Assembly: GCA_021647245.1 (NCBI GenBank)
Contig: JAKIVC010000001.1
Coordinates: forward strand, 76,368 to 140,367
Reading direction: 5' to 3'
Source: Gammaproteobacteria bacterium
GTDB taxonomy: Bacteria > Pseudomonadota > Gammaproteobacteria > RBG-16-57-12
DNA length: 64,000 nucleotides
Part shown: positions 30,908 through 38,143 of the stretch, in pieces
Numbering within the stretch: position 1 is the stretch's first letter
Layout of the letters: every line of letters starts with the position of its first letter
Position numbers and translations under genes: made by a program
Notes under the pieces: model-generated
The model's database searches: none
The model's input: the letters and a program-made list of their open reading frames with translations, nothing else
Told to the model about the DNA's origin: nothing

Positions 30908-30966
30908 CAACTGAATAGCTTAAGGCTTAACTCACTGGCATTGACTCCGAGGGATACTGATCAGCG

Positions 30967-31788
30967 TTATAAACCAAGCTGCAATGATCTCTTAAGCTTG
31001 GGGTAGGCAAAGACAGGGCCATTTTTGCAGACAAATTGGCCGCCAATCTGGCAGTGGCCACAGTGACCTATACCACAGTGCATATTGCGCTCTAGGCTGA
31101 TATAGATATTTTCATCTTGTAAGCCTTTTTCTTCTAAGCGCTTAATTGCATCCTTCATCATCACTTCCGGGCCGCAACTGAGCATCGTTAACTTTTTAAA
31201 ATCAAGGTGTGGTAAATCATTAATCCGCTCTGTCACTAGGCCTTCTTCTCCTTGCCAAGTATCGGTGGCTCTGTTGGCACTCAGTAGCACCGTTGCTTTA
31301 TCCGAACCTTGCCATGCTTCGAACTGCTTACGAAACAAGAAGTTCTCCTCATCCCGAATGCCATGTAGTAAATATAAATGCCCTTGCCAATGTGGGTTAG
31401 ATAGATAGTGATTGACCAGAGGCAGTAGCGGTGCCGCACCAATGCCACCGGTTATGATGAGCAAATCAGCGCTTTTATCCAGCGGCCAGCCCTGACCAAA
31501 GGGGCCGCGCAACGCAAGGTAGTCCCCCTGCTGAGCAAGGCTTAAGTGCTGGCTAACACGGCCTAATATGCTAATGGTGTGTTCAAAGTAGCCTTGCTCA
31601 GACGCGCCCGCTATCGAAATCGGTATCTCACCCTCATCGCAGCAAAGCATGTTGAATTGCCCAGGTTTAAAAGCATAATCACTCGCCTGCACCGTGGCTG
31701 TAAAGCCTAGCCTAAGGGTGACGGTGTTAGCCGTTTCTTGAAATCGCTCAAGCACTTTTACCGAGCGTGGCGTATAGCTATCCATCAT
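30967..31788 (-). CDS. FAD/NAD(P)H-binding [2Fe-2S] oxidoreductase, AsrB/PyrK/sulfhydrogenase-gamma-like
   Basis: 273 aa. Ferredoxin-reductase-type FAD/NAD fold with a C-terminal CGIGHCGHC...C cluster motif typical of PyrK/AsrB. Overlaps the upstream AsrA-like gene by 11 nt. Confidence 0.7.
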   Translation of the reverse strand: MMDSYTPRSVKVLERFQETANTVTLRLGFTATVQASDYAFKPGQFNMLCCDEGEIPISIAGASEQGYFEHTISILGRVSQHLSLAQQGDYLALRGPFGQGWPLDKSADLLIITGGIGAAPLLPLVNHYLSNPHWQGHLYLLHGIRDEENFLFRKQFEAWQGSDKATVLLSANRATDTWQGEEGLVTERINDLPHLDFKKLTMLSCGPEVMMKDAIKRLEEKGLQDENIYISLERNMHCGIGHCGHCQIGGQFVCKNGPVFAYPKLKRSLQLGL

Positions 31789-32887
31789 TATCTTTAACCT
31801 CCATCACCGTTGCTATGCTGGCGGTTACATCAATACCCTGTGGGCACCAACTAATACAACGCCCACAGCCAACACAACCTGATTCACCAAATTGTTCATG
31901 CCAAGAAACAAATTTGTGGCTAAGCCATTGGCGATAGCGTTGATGTTTTTCTTTACGTATTGCGCCATGATTAAGGTAGCTGTGAGCCTCACCGTGGCAA
32001 GAATCCCACTCCCGTACTTTTTCACCCCCGACGCCATCCATTGAAGGAAATAGGGTCTCTTTATGGCAAAAACAGCTGGGACAAACTTGGGTACAGCTGC
32101 CACAACTGGTGCAAGGGTCACTCACCGCCTGCCATTGCGCCTCTTTTCCTTCGGCTAAAAATTGCGCCTTCATAGAAGAAAGTGGGGGAGTGGTGCGGGT
32201 TTGACGCTGTGCCGCAGCGGCAATTTCTTGTGCTGCTTGCTCAACGGTTTCGGCTGCTGCGATGGGTAAATTCAGCAGGCAAAGCACCTCTTCTCCAGCG
32301 GGGCTGCCTGCTTCCATAACGAGCCCGTCATCTGTTTCGCTCATGGCAAGATCGTAGGCTTTATTGGCCTTGGGGCCGCAGCCTTGGGCATGACAAAAGC
32401 ACGTGTCTGCAGGGTGGGTGCAATTGACAACAACGGTAAATAAAGATTGACGACGCGCTTGGTAACGAGTGTCAATATATGGCCCTTCGAGAAAGACCTT
32501 ATCCTGTATCGCCATTGCCGCCAAATCACAGGGGCGAATACCAATGAGTGCTTGGCGCTGGCTTTCAATAACAGGGTCAAATTTATAACGCCCTTCTTCA
32601 TCTCGGCTGGCGTGCCATAGGGTTTCTTGCTGCTTAAACAAAAAAGGCTTTAAGGAAGATGGACTATTACTCCAAGCAAAAGCACGTTTTTTGTCTCCCT
32701 CGAGCAAGCGGTAGTGGGCGGGACCTTGCTCATCTTGCACCCCCCACGGCAGCTCAGTGGCGTGGTTTAAGGGCGCAAGCATGATGCCGCCATTTTGTAC
32801 TCGTGGCCCAATACAAGCGTAGCCCTGCTTTGTCAGCACATCTATCAGGCTTTGAAAGCGCTTATGGGCAAGGAAATAATAAGACAT
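31778..32887 (-). CDS. 4Fe-4S dicluster electron-transfer subunit, AsrA/sulfhydrogenase-beta-like
   Basis: 369 aa with two ferredoxin-type motifs CTSCGSCTQVCP and CVGCGRCISWCP, plus extra Cys clusters (CTHPADTCFCHAQGC). Confidence 0.7.
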   Translation of the reverse strand: MSYYFLAHKRFQSLIDVLTKQGYACIGPRVQNGGIMLAPLNHATELPWGVQDEQGPAHYRLLEGDKKRAFAWSNSPSSLKPFLFKQQETLWHASRDEEGRYKFDPVIESQRQALIGIRPCDLAAMAIQDKVFLEGPYIDTRYQARRQSLFTVVVNCTHPADTCFCHAQGCGPKANKAYDLAMSETDDGLVMEAGSPAGEEVLCLLNLPIAAAETVEQAAQEIAAAAQRQTRTTPPLSSMKAQFLAEGKEAQWQAVSDPCTSCGSCTQVCPSCFCHKETLFPSMDGVGGEKVREWDSCHGEAHSYLNHGAIRKEKHQRYRQWLSHKFVSWHEQFGESGCVGCGRCISWCPQGIDVTASIATVMEVKDNDG

Positions 32888-32973
32888 GGTATTTTCCTAA
32901 AAAGAGAGGTAAATAAAAAAAGGGAAACCAAACATGCAAAGCATGGCCAGCCTCCCCTCAAATCTCCTTTTAT

Positions 32974-34629
32974 TTAAGCCGCAGCAATCGCAGCCAAATC
33001 TTCTTCGGCTGTGGTAATGGGCTTAATTTGATAGGCATCAACCAATATATTCAATACGTTGGGCGTGATGAACGCGGGTAAGCTGGGCCCCAAGCGCACA
33101 TTTTTTAATCCGAGGTGCAGTAGGGTTAACAGAATGACCACTGCTTTTTGCTCAAACCAAGAGATGATTAAAGAAAGCGGCAAGTCGTTAACCTCGCACT
33201 CAAAGGCATCGGCTAAGGCTAAGGCAATTTTTACGGCTGAATAAGCATCGTTGCACTGGCCAAGATCAAGCAGACGAGGGATGCCACCAATATCGCCCAG
33301 CTCTTGACGATTAAAGCGATACTTTGCACAGCCAAGGGTTAAAATAACGGTATCATTTGGCGCTTTTTCAACAAATTCAGTGTAATAGTCACGTCCTGTT
33401 TTTGCACCATCACAACCACCGACTAAATAAAAGTGTTTAATCTCGCCGGCTTTAACCGCATCAATGACTTTATCTGCCACACCGAGTACGGCATTGTGGG
33501 CAAAGCCGATAGTAATGGTCTCTTCAGCCGCATCTTCCGCAAAACCCGCTGAAGAAAGTGCCGCATTAATCAGCGCAGAGAAGTCATGGTTTTCAATATG
33601 AGCAAGCCCAGGCCAGCCAACCGGCCCTGTGGTAAAGATACGTGGTTTGTAACTCTCTTTTGGCTCAATAATACAGTTGCTCGTCATTAGGATAGGGCCG
33701 GGGAATTTAGCAAATTCTTCTTGCTGGTCCTGCCAAGCGCCGCCGTAGTTTGCCACTAGGTGGGGATACTTTTTCAGCTCGGGGTAGGCGTGCCCTGGTA
33801 ACATTTCACCGTGGGTATAAATGTTGAGACCCTTGCCTTGTGTCGCTTTTAATAGCGCCTCTAAATCCATCATGTCATGGCCACTGATTAAAATGGCTTT
33901 GCCTTTTACAGGGCTAACACGTACCTGAGTTGGCTCCGGGTGACCAAAGTTAGTGGTATGACCCGTATCAAGCAGCTCCATTACTTTAAAGTTCATTTCG
34001 CCTATTTTTAAGTTTAGCGCTAGCAGCTCATCAGCAGTAGGGGACGAGTTACACAAAGCGTCCAAGCTTTCATGCAGCGTGGCGTAAACCGCTTCATCCG
34101 TTTGACCTAGCCCTTGAGCATGAGTGGCGTAGGCGGCATAGCCCTTAAGACCGTAGGTCGCCAGCTGAACCAGGCCTGCGATATCTTCATTGGTATGCGT
34201 GCGACTAAACATTTGTGCAACCTGCCCGCCTTGGCGAACAAGCTCAGCCACTGTCGCAGTAGGTCGCCATACCGCAGGGCCGGTTAAAGTCTCTGGCTGT
34301 ATGCCTGCGCTGCGGCAAGCATCTTCATACTGCTGACGAATACTGTCACGCATGACCGCAGACTCTTTAAGCAGTGCAGCCAAAGCATCATCGTCAAAAT
34401 TAACATTGGTAAGGGTTGTGAATAAAAAAGAAGCCACAAAGCGATCAACCTTGTCATCAACCACACCCAGCTTACGCGCCCGTGTTGCGTATTGACCAAT
34501 TGCCTTTGCCGCATAAACGATTAAGTCTTGCAGATAAGCCGTTTTTTCGGTTTTACCGCAAACCCCTTCAACTGTACAGCCAGCGCCCATAGGGGTTCGA
34601 GTTGTTTGTTCACATTGATTACAAAACAT
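32974..34629 (-). CDS. hcp: Hybrid-cluster protein / hydroxylamine reductase Hcp
   Basis: 551 aa. N-terminal MFCNQCEQT..GCT..GVCGK matches the Hcp Cys motif (E. coli MFCVQCEQT...GMCGK). Good RBS GGAG upstream. Confidence 0.92.
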   Translation of the reverse strand: MFCNQCEQTTRTPMGAGCTVEGVCGKTEKTAYLQDLIVYAAKAIGQYATRARKLGVVDDKVDRFVASFLFTTLTNVNFDDDALAALLKESAVMRDSIRQQYEDACRSAGIQPETLTGPAVWRPTATVAELVRQGGQVAQMFSRTHTNEDIAGLVQLATYGLKGYAAYATHAQGLGQTDEAVYATLHESLDALCNSSPTADELLALNLKIGEMNFKVMELLDTGHTTNFGHPEPTQVRVSPVKGKAILISGHDMMDLEALLKATQGKGLNIYTHGEMLPGHAYPELKKYPHLVANYGGAWQDQQEEFAKFPGPILMTSNCIIEPKESYKPRIFTTGPVGWPGLAHIENHDFSALINAALSSAGFAEDAAEETITIGFAHNAVLGVADKVIDAVKAGEIKHFYLVGGCDGAKTGRDYYTEFVEKAPNDTVILTLGCAKYRFNRQELGDIGGIPRLLDLGQCNDAYSAVKIALALADAFECEVNDLPLSLIISWFEQKAVVILLTLLHLGLKNVRLGPSLPAFITPNVLNILVDAYQIKPITTAEEDLAAIAAA

Positions 34630-34859
34630 TAAGCATTCTCCACTTCAATATTACTTTAAGAGACAGCAAGACAGAAAGACTCTGTTAAGCATACGTGTTA
34701 TATCTAGCACCACCACAGTCAACACCCAAAAGCATGCGCTAGTGCCTTAAGTTCAGAGATATAAGCATGCCTTGGTGAGGTTTGTAAAGAAAAAATCAAT
34801 CCCTAACCCTAAAATAGAGCATCACAAGCCGCCAATGCGGCCCCTGCCCTATGTGTCAA

Positions 34860-35345
34860 CCTGACCCCATACCGTCAAGCCCCCACAGCACCCTGCATGC
34901 GGTTCCGCACGGGGCGGTTTCCGAAGGTGTTTTAAAGCAAGCTGACCGACTAGCTTCGGCTTACCCCAATACCGGCTACTGATCTTCAGATCCGAGCCTT
35001 CACCGTGCTCCAATCATTACAATGAGCGTTTGGCCAGTTGCTGACTCTTGCTTAATTATCCACAGAGCTACCCTGCTGGCGCTATCGATTGACCGTCATG
35101 GAGGGTGGAAATGCAGATATTGCAGGAGCAAACTATCAGCCCTTCAGACCACCCCTCGCGGCTTGGCCCTTGCCATTCGCTAGTGGTTATCGTCTACTAA
35201 CAGCACGGTGCTCGACGGTAATCCTGCTACAGAGGACTTTCACCTTATTAGCTCGCCCATGCTGGCTAGTCCCAGAGGACAATTTAAAGCGGCACTTTTT
35301 TGCATTCGCAAAAACGCACCCCTTTAAGTTGCCGCTGAGCAAGGC
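34860..35345. other. Unassigned ORF-free, GC-rich, hairpin-rich non-coding block (candidate structured RNA or regulatory region)
   Basis: No ORF longer than 90 aa in any frame, and all translations are non-protein-like. Local helices include CCGAAGG...CTTCGG, AAGCTgaccgactAGCTT, TTTTTGCattcGCAAAAA and AGCGGCA...TGCCGCT. GC is visibly higher than in the adjacent AT-rich ORF. Confidence 0.2.
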
Positions 35346-35370
35346 GTTAGGCATCTGAAGAAGGGGCATC

Positions 35371-35793
35371 ATGGAAATCAGTAAAGAAGTTCTTGCATTA
35401 TGGGGAGCAGGATTATCTACTGCTCTAGCCCTTGTAAAGATGTGGGAGCTATGGTCAAGCCGAAGCCGAATTGAGGTTAGTTATGGATTTAGCAGTGGCC
35501 CCGATGGGAATGACATCATTATAAGAAACCTATCTGACAAACCGATGACATTAACTTATTGGGAGCTTTTATTTTGTGAGCGCAAAAGTCTGAAATGGAT
35601 TCCATATCGAAACGAAAACCCAGCAGAAAACACAAGAGATATTTTCATATCAGCTCATTCAAGTAAAACCCTAAACTTTAGTGGTCAAGATTATTTTGAG
35701 TGGGGTCAAGCTTTAACTGGCAAAAGATTGTATCTAAATTTACATATTGCAGGTAAGCGTAGCGCAATAAAACATCTAGTGTATAAAGGATAA
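35371..35793 (+). CDS. Orphan hypothetical protein with no recognisable domain, an N-terminal hydrophobic segment and low GC
   Basis: 140-aa ORF whose GC (~38-40% by eye) is far below its surroundings. N-terminus ALWGAGLSTALALVKMW is hydrophobic. The start codon follows GAAGAAGGGGCATC. Confidence 0.5.
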   Translation: MEISKEVLALWGAGLSTALALVKMWELWSSRSRIEVSYGFSSGPDGNDIIIRNLSDKPMTLTYWELLFCERKSLKWIPYRNENPAENTRDIFISAHSSKTLNFSGQDYFEWGQALTGKRLYLNLHIAGKRSAIKHLVYKG

Positions 35794-36006
35794 AAATGTC
35801 TAATCGGGCAGCCAAGGAAAAGGACAAGTATCACTTCAACCTTTTTCCCTGTTCATTTGGCGAAGCAACGCGCTATCACTCCTCATCTTCTCTTGAAGAT
35901 TGATGACGCTAAAAACCCGATAAAAACGTACCTAAATGAACTTTCACAGTCAGTCCGCCCTAAGCGCCGCAGGCACCCAAGGCGGGTTTTGATGGAAGCA
36001 GGTGGA

Positions 36007-37020
36007 TTACTTTATGCTACCCACCAAGCTCTCGCCTGCAATCCCGGGCAACCTGGGCATGGTCTGCTCAGGAAACTCGCCTGTCAGACTGCTTAAGAAG
36101 GCAACAATCTCATCAACTTCGCTCTCCTTCAACTCCACACCCAGCTGAGAGACCGCCATGATACGCACACTTTCATGCAGGGTTTTTACCGCACCATTAT
36201 GGAAATAGGGCGCTGTAACCGCAATATTTCGTAGCGAAGGCACACGCCAGCTATTCATATCAGCGGCATCCTTTGTGACTTCGTAGCGCCCCTTATCTTC
36301 ATCCAGATTATATTTAGCGATGTCGTCATTTTCAAAGAGCGGGAACTTCTGATAAAAGCCTTCGCCTAGAGTCATTTGAGGGCCCGCAAAGTTAATGCCT
36401 GAGTGACAGCTCACACAGCCTAGCTCCTCAAAGCGCTGCATGCCCTTAATTGCTTGCTCACTCATTGCCATTTTATCGCCATTCATGTGACGGTCAAAAG
36501 GGCTGTTGATTGTAATCAGGGTGCGTTCATAGGCCGCAATGGCTTTTGCCATATTATCGTAGGAGACCTCACCAAAAACCGCTTCAAACTGAATTTTGTA
36601 GCCCGGAATGCTGCTGAGGCGCTCTTCAACGGCCTGCTCAGATGGCATACCCATTTCGATTGGATTCAGCGGTGGCCCCTTCGCCTGATCTTCCAGAGTT
36701 GCTGCGCGGCCATCCCAGAACTGGACACTCAATAGAGCAGCATTCCAAACGGTGGGTGCATTACGACCACCCCGCTGGCCATTGACACCAACAGAGGTTG
36801 GACGATCATCCGCACCGCCCGCCATGACGTTATGGCAAGAGTTGCACGATACTGTGCCATCTATTGAGAGGCGTGGATCAAAATACAGCTGTTTTCCCAG
36901 CTCAACTTTCGCCATGCTCATTGGGTTATCAGCAGGCACCTGTACTACACTCGGTATCACCTCTAGGGCATGGACTGAACCGGCAGCCAGCATAGCGAGG
37001 GCAAAGATAGATTTTTTCAT
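36007..37020 (-). CDS. ccp: Di-haem cytochrome c peroxidase (CcpA/MauG family)
   Basis: 337 aa with a signal peptide and two CxxCH haem-binding motifs (CNSCH, CVSCH). The conserved W/M-rich C-terminal domain is present. Confidence 0.9.
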   Translation of the reverse strand: MKKSIFALAMLAAGSVHALEVIPSVVQVPADNPMSMAKVELGKQLYFDPRLSIDGTVSCNSCHNVMAGGADDRPTSVGVNGQRGGRNAPTVWNAALLSVQFWDGRAATLEDQAKGPPLNPIEMGMPSEQAVEERLSSIPGYKIQFEAVFGEVSYDNMAKAIAAYERTLITINSPFDRHMNGDKMAMSEQAIKGMQRFEELGCVSCHSGINFAGPQMTLGEGFYQKFPLFENDDIAKYNLDEDKGRYEVTKDAADMNSWRVPSLRNIAVTAPYFHNGAVKTLHESVRIMAVSQLGVELKESEVDEIVAFLSSLTGEFPEQTMPRLPGIAGESLVGSIK

Positions 37021-37113
37021 GAATTGTTCCTTGTGTGGTGAAAGGTAATTAAACTGGAGCTAGTCTAGAAAAATCGATAAAGTAGATCCAATGAATTAAT
37101 TAACTAACTGTGA

Positions 37114-38043
37114 TTGGAAATTTCGATTATTAACTTACCCTCCATGCGCCAACTGCAATATTTTCTTGCCGTTATTGAGTTAAAGCATTTTGGCCATGCG
37201 GCGGAGCGCTGCTTTGTCACTCAATCTACCTTAAGCTCCGGCATACAAGAGCTGGAAGCGATGCTGGGCGGGGCGCTGTTTGAACGTAATAAGCGCAAGG
37301 TGCTTATCTCACCTTTAGGCTATAAGCTGGAGCCTAAAGCGCGGCAGTTAATAGAGCAAGCCAAAGAGATCGTAGATACCGCCAAAGGCGAGATGGGCAC
37401 ACTGGTTGGACAGCTGAGACTTGGCATCATTCCAACCATCGGCCCTTTTTTGCTGCCTAGGGTGTTGCCTAGTATTCGTAAACACTTTTCAAAATTGAAG
37501 TTACTGCTCATCGAGGAGCAAAGTGCATCGCTGCTGGAGCGGTTAAATAGTGGTCAGATTGACTGCGCCATCATGGCCTTACCCTACAATTTGAAGGGGC
37601 TAGAGCATCAACTTATCAGCGAAGAGAACTTTTGCATTGCCTTCCCGCCAGATCACCCACTCGCGAGCAGTCACGAAGCGATGTCGTCTGATCAGTTACC
37701 CGCCGATGAGATCATGTTACTGGAGGAGGGGCACTGCCTGCGTGATCATGCACTCGCCGCCTGCCACTGGCAATCGTCACGCCAGCGTGCGGTCATCCAA
37801 GGCACGAGCCTCTACACGATGATAGAGATGGTTGCAGGGGGGCAGGGGATAACTTTTATTCCTGATATGGCGGCAGAGAGTATGTTGGTAGAGCAGAGCA
37901 GAATCCACTTGCGCCCGTTATCAGAACCAGGGCCACATCGGCAGATTGCCCTAGTGTGGCGTCCCACCTACGCACGCAAAGAGGACTTGCAAGCACTGCT
38001 CAACTGCATGCGCGATGAAGAGGCAAGCCATCGCAATGCCTAA
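37114..38043 (+). CDS. oxyR: LysR-family H2O2-sensing regulator OxyR
   Basis: HTH LQYFLAVIELKHFGHAAERCFVTQSTLSSGIQELE. The redox-cysteine region EEGHCLRDHALAAC aligns with E. coli OxyR EDGHCLRDQAMGFC (Cys199/Cys208). The likely true start is the internal ATG at 37144. Transcribed divergently from ccp. Confidence 0.85.
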   Translation: MEISIINLPSMRQLQYFLAVIELKHFGHAAERCFVTQSTLSSGIQELEAMLGGALFERNKRKVLISPLGYKLEPKARQLIEQAKEIVDTAKGEMGTLVGQLRLGIIPTIGPFLLPRVLPSIRKHFSKLKLLLIEEQSASLLERLNSGQIDCAIMALPYNLKGLEHQLISEENFCIAFPPDHPLASSHEAMSSDQLPADEIMLLEEGHCLRDHALAACHWQSSRQRAVIQGTSLYTMIEMVAGGQGITFIPDMAAESMLVEQSRIHLRPLSEPGPHRQIALVWRPTYARKEDLQALLNCMRDEEASHRNA

Positions 38044-38055
38044 TCACCAAATAGA

Positions 38056-38143
38056 GATGCGAAATGGCGTGTCAGATGTTGGTTTCACAGTGAAAGTAAA
38101 AAATAGGCGTCGCACCGATAGATTCGGAATCTATTCGGCGACG
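38056..38143. repeat. ~90-bp intergenic repeat element, copy 1: TTGGTTTCACAGTGAAA box plus a GC hairpin
   Basis: ...gtgtcagatgTTGGTTTCACAGTGAAAgTAAAAAatagg-CGTCGCACCGATAGATTCGGAATCTATTCGGCGACG... is about 75% identical to 57574-57665. Here an A-run precedes the hairpin, so it would act as a terminator for the minus-strand yeaD-like gene. The hairpin overlaps the last codons of that gene. Confidence 0.5.

Noticed and set aside
30967-32887. Calling the AsrA/AsrB-like pair an anaerobic sulfite reductase
   Set aside because: No AsrC siroheme catalytic-subunit gene is adjacent. The pair is instead co-oriented with and overlaps the hcp operon. They were therefore annotated generically as an electron-transfer module.
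34630-34736. Canonical FNR or NsrR operator upstream of hcp
   Set aside because: Established knowledge says hcp is usually FNR/NsrR-controlled. I found no TTGAT-N4-ATCAA and no AAGATGCATTT-type palindrome. Only a plausible TAATAT -10 and a GGAG RBS are visible.
34860-35345. Tried to assign the non-coding block to tmRNA, RNase P RNA, a cobalamin riboswitch or SRP RNA
   Set aside because: Partial motif matches exist: AAGCTGACC and TCGGTCAG resemble RNase P P1 strands, and GGTGAAAGTCC on the minus strand resembles the cobalamin and RNase P cores. But the obligatory partners are absent: AGGAAAGTCCGGGCTCC, the B12 box with CCGCAACTGTAA, a tRNA-like T-arm GGTTCGAnTCC, and a tag-peptide frame ending in ...LAA-stop. 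The AAGCT...AGCTT match is a local hairpin, not a long-range P1.
35089-35372. ORFs 35089-35358 (+, 89 aa) and 35187-35372 (-, 61 aa) inside the non-coding block
   Set aside because: The translations are low-complexity and Arg/Pro/Leu-rich with no domain-like pattern. They overlap each other on opposite strands and lack an RBS. They were treated as chance ORFs in GC-rich DNA.
35857-36096. ORF 35857-36096 (+, 79 aa)
   Set aside because: It overlaps the well-supported 3' end of ccp on the opposite strand. Its composition (R/P/G-rich) is typical of antisense artefacts.
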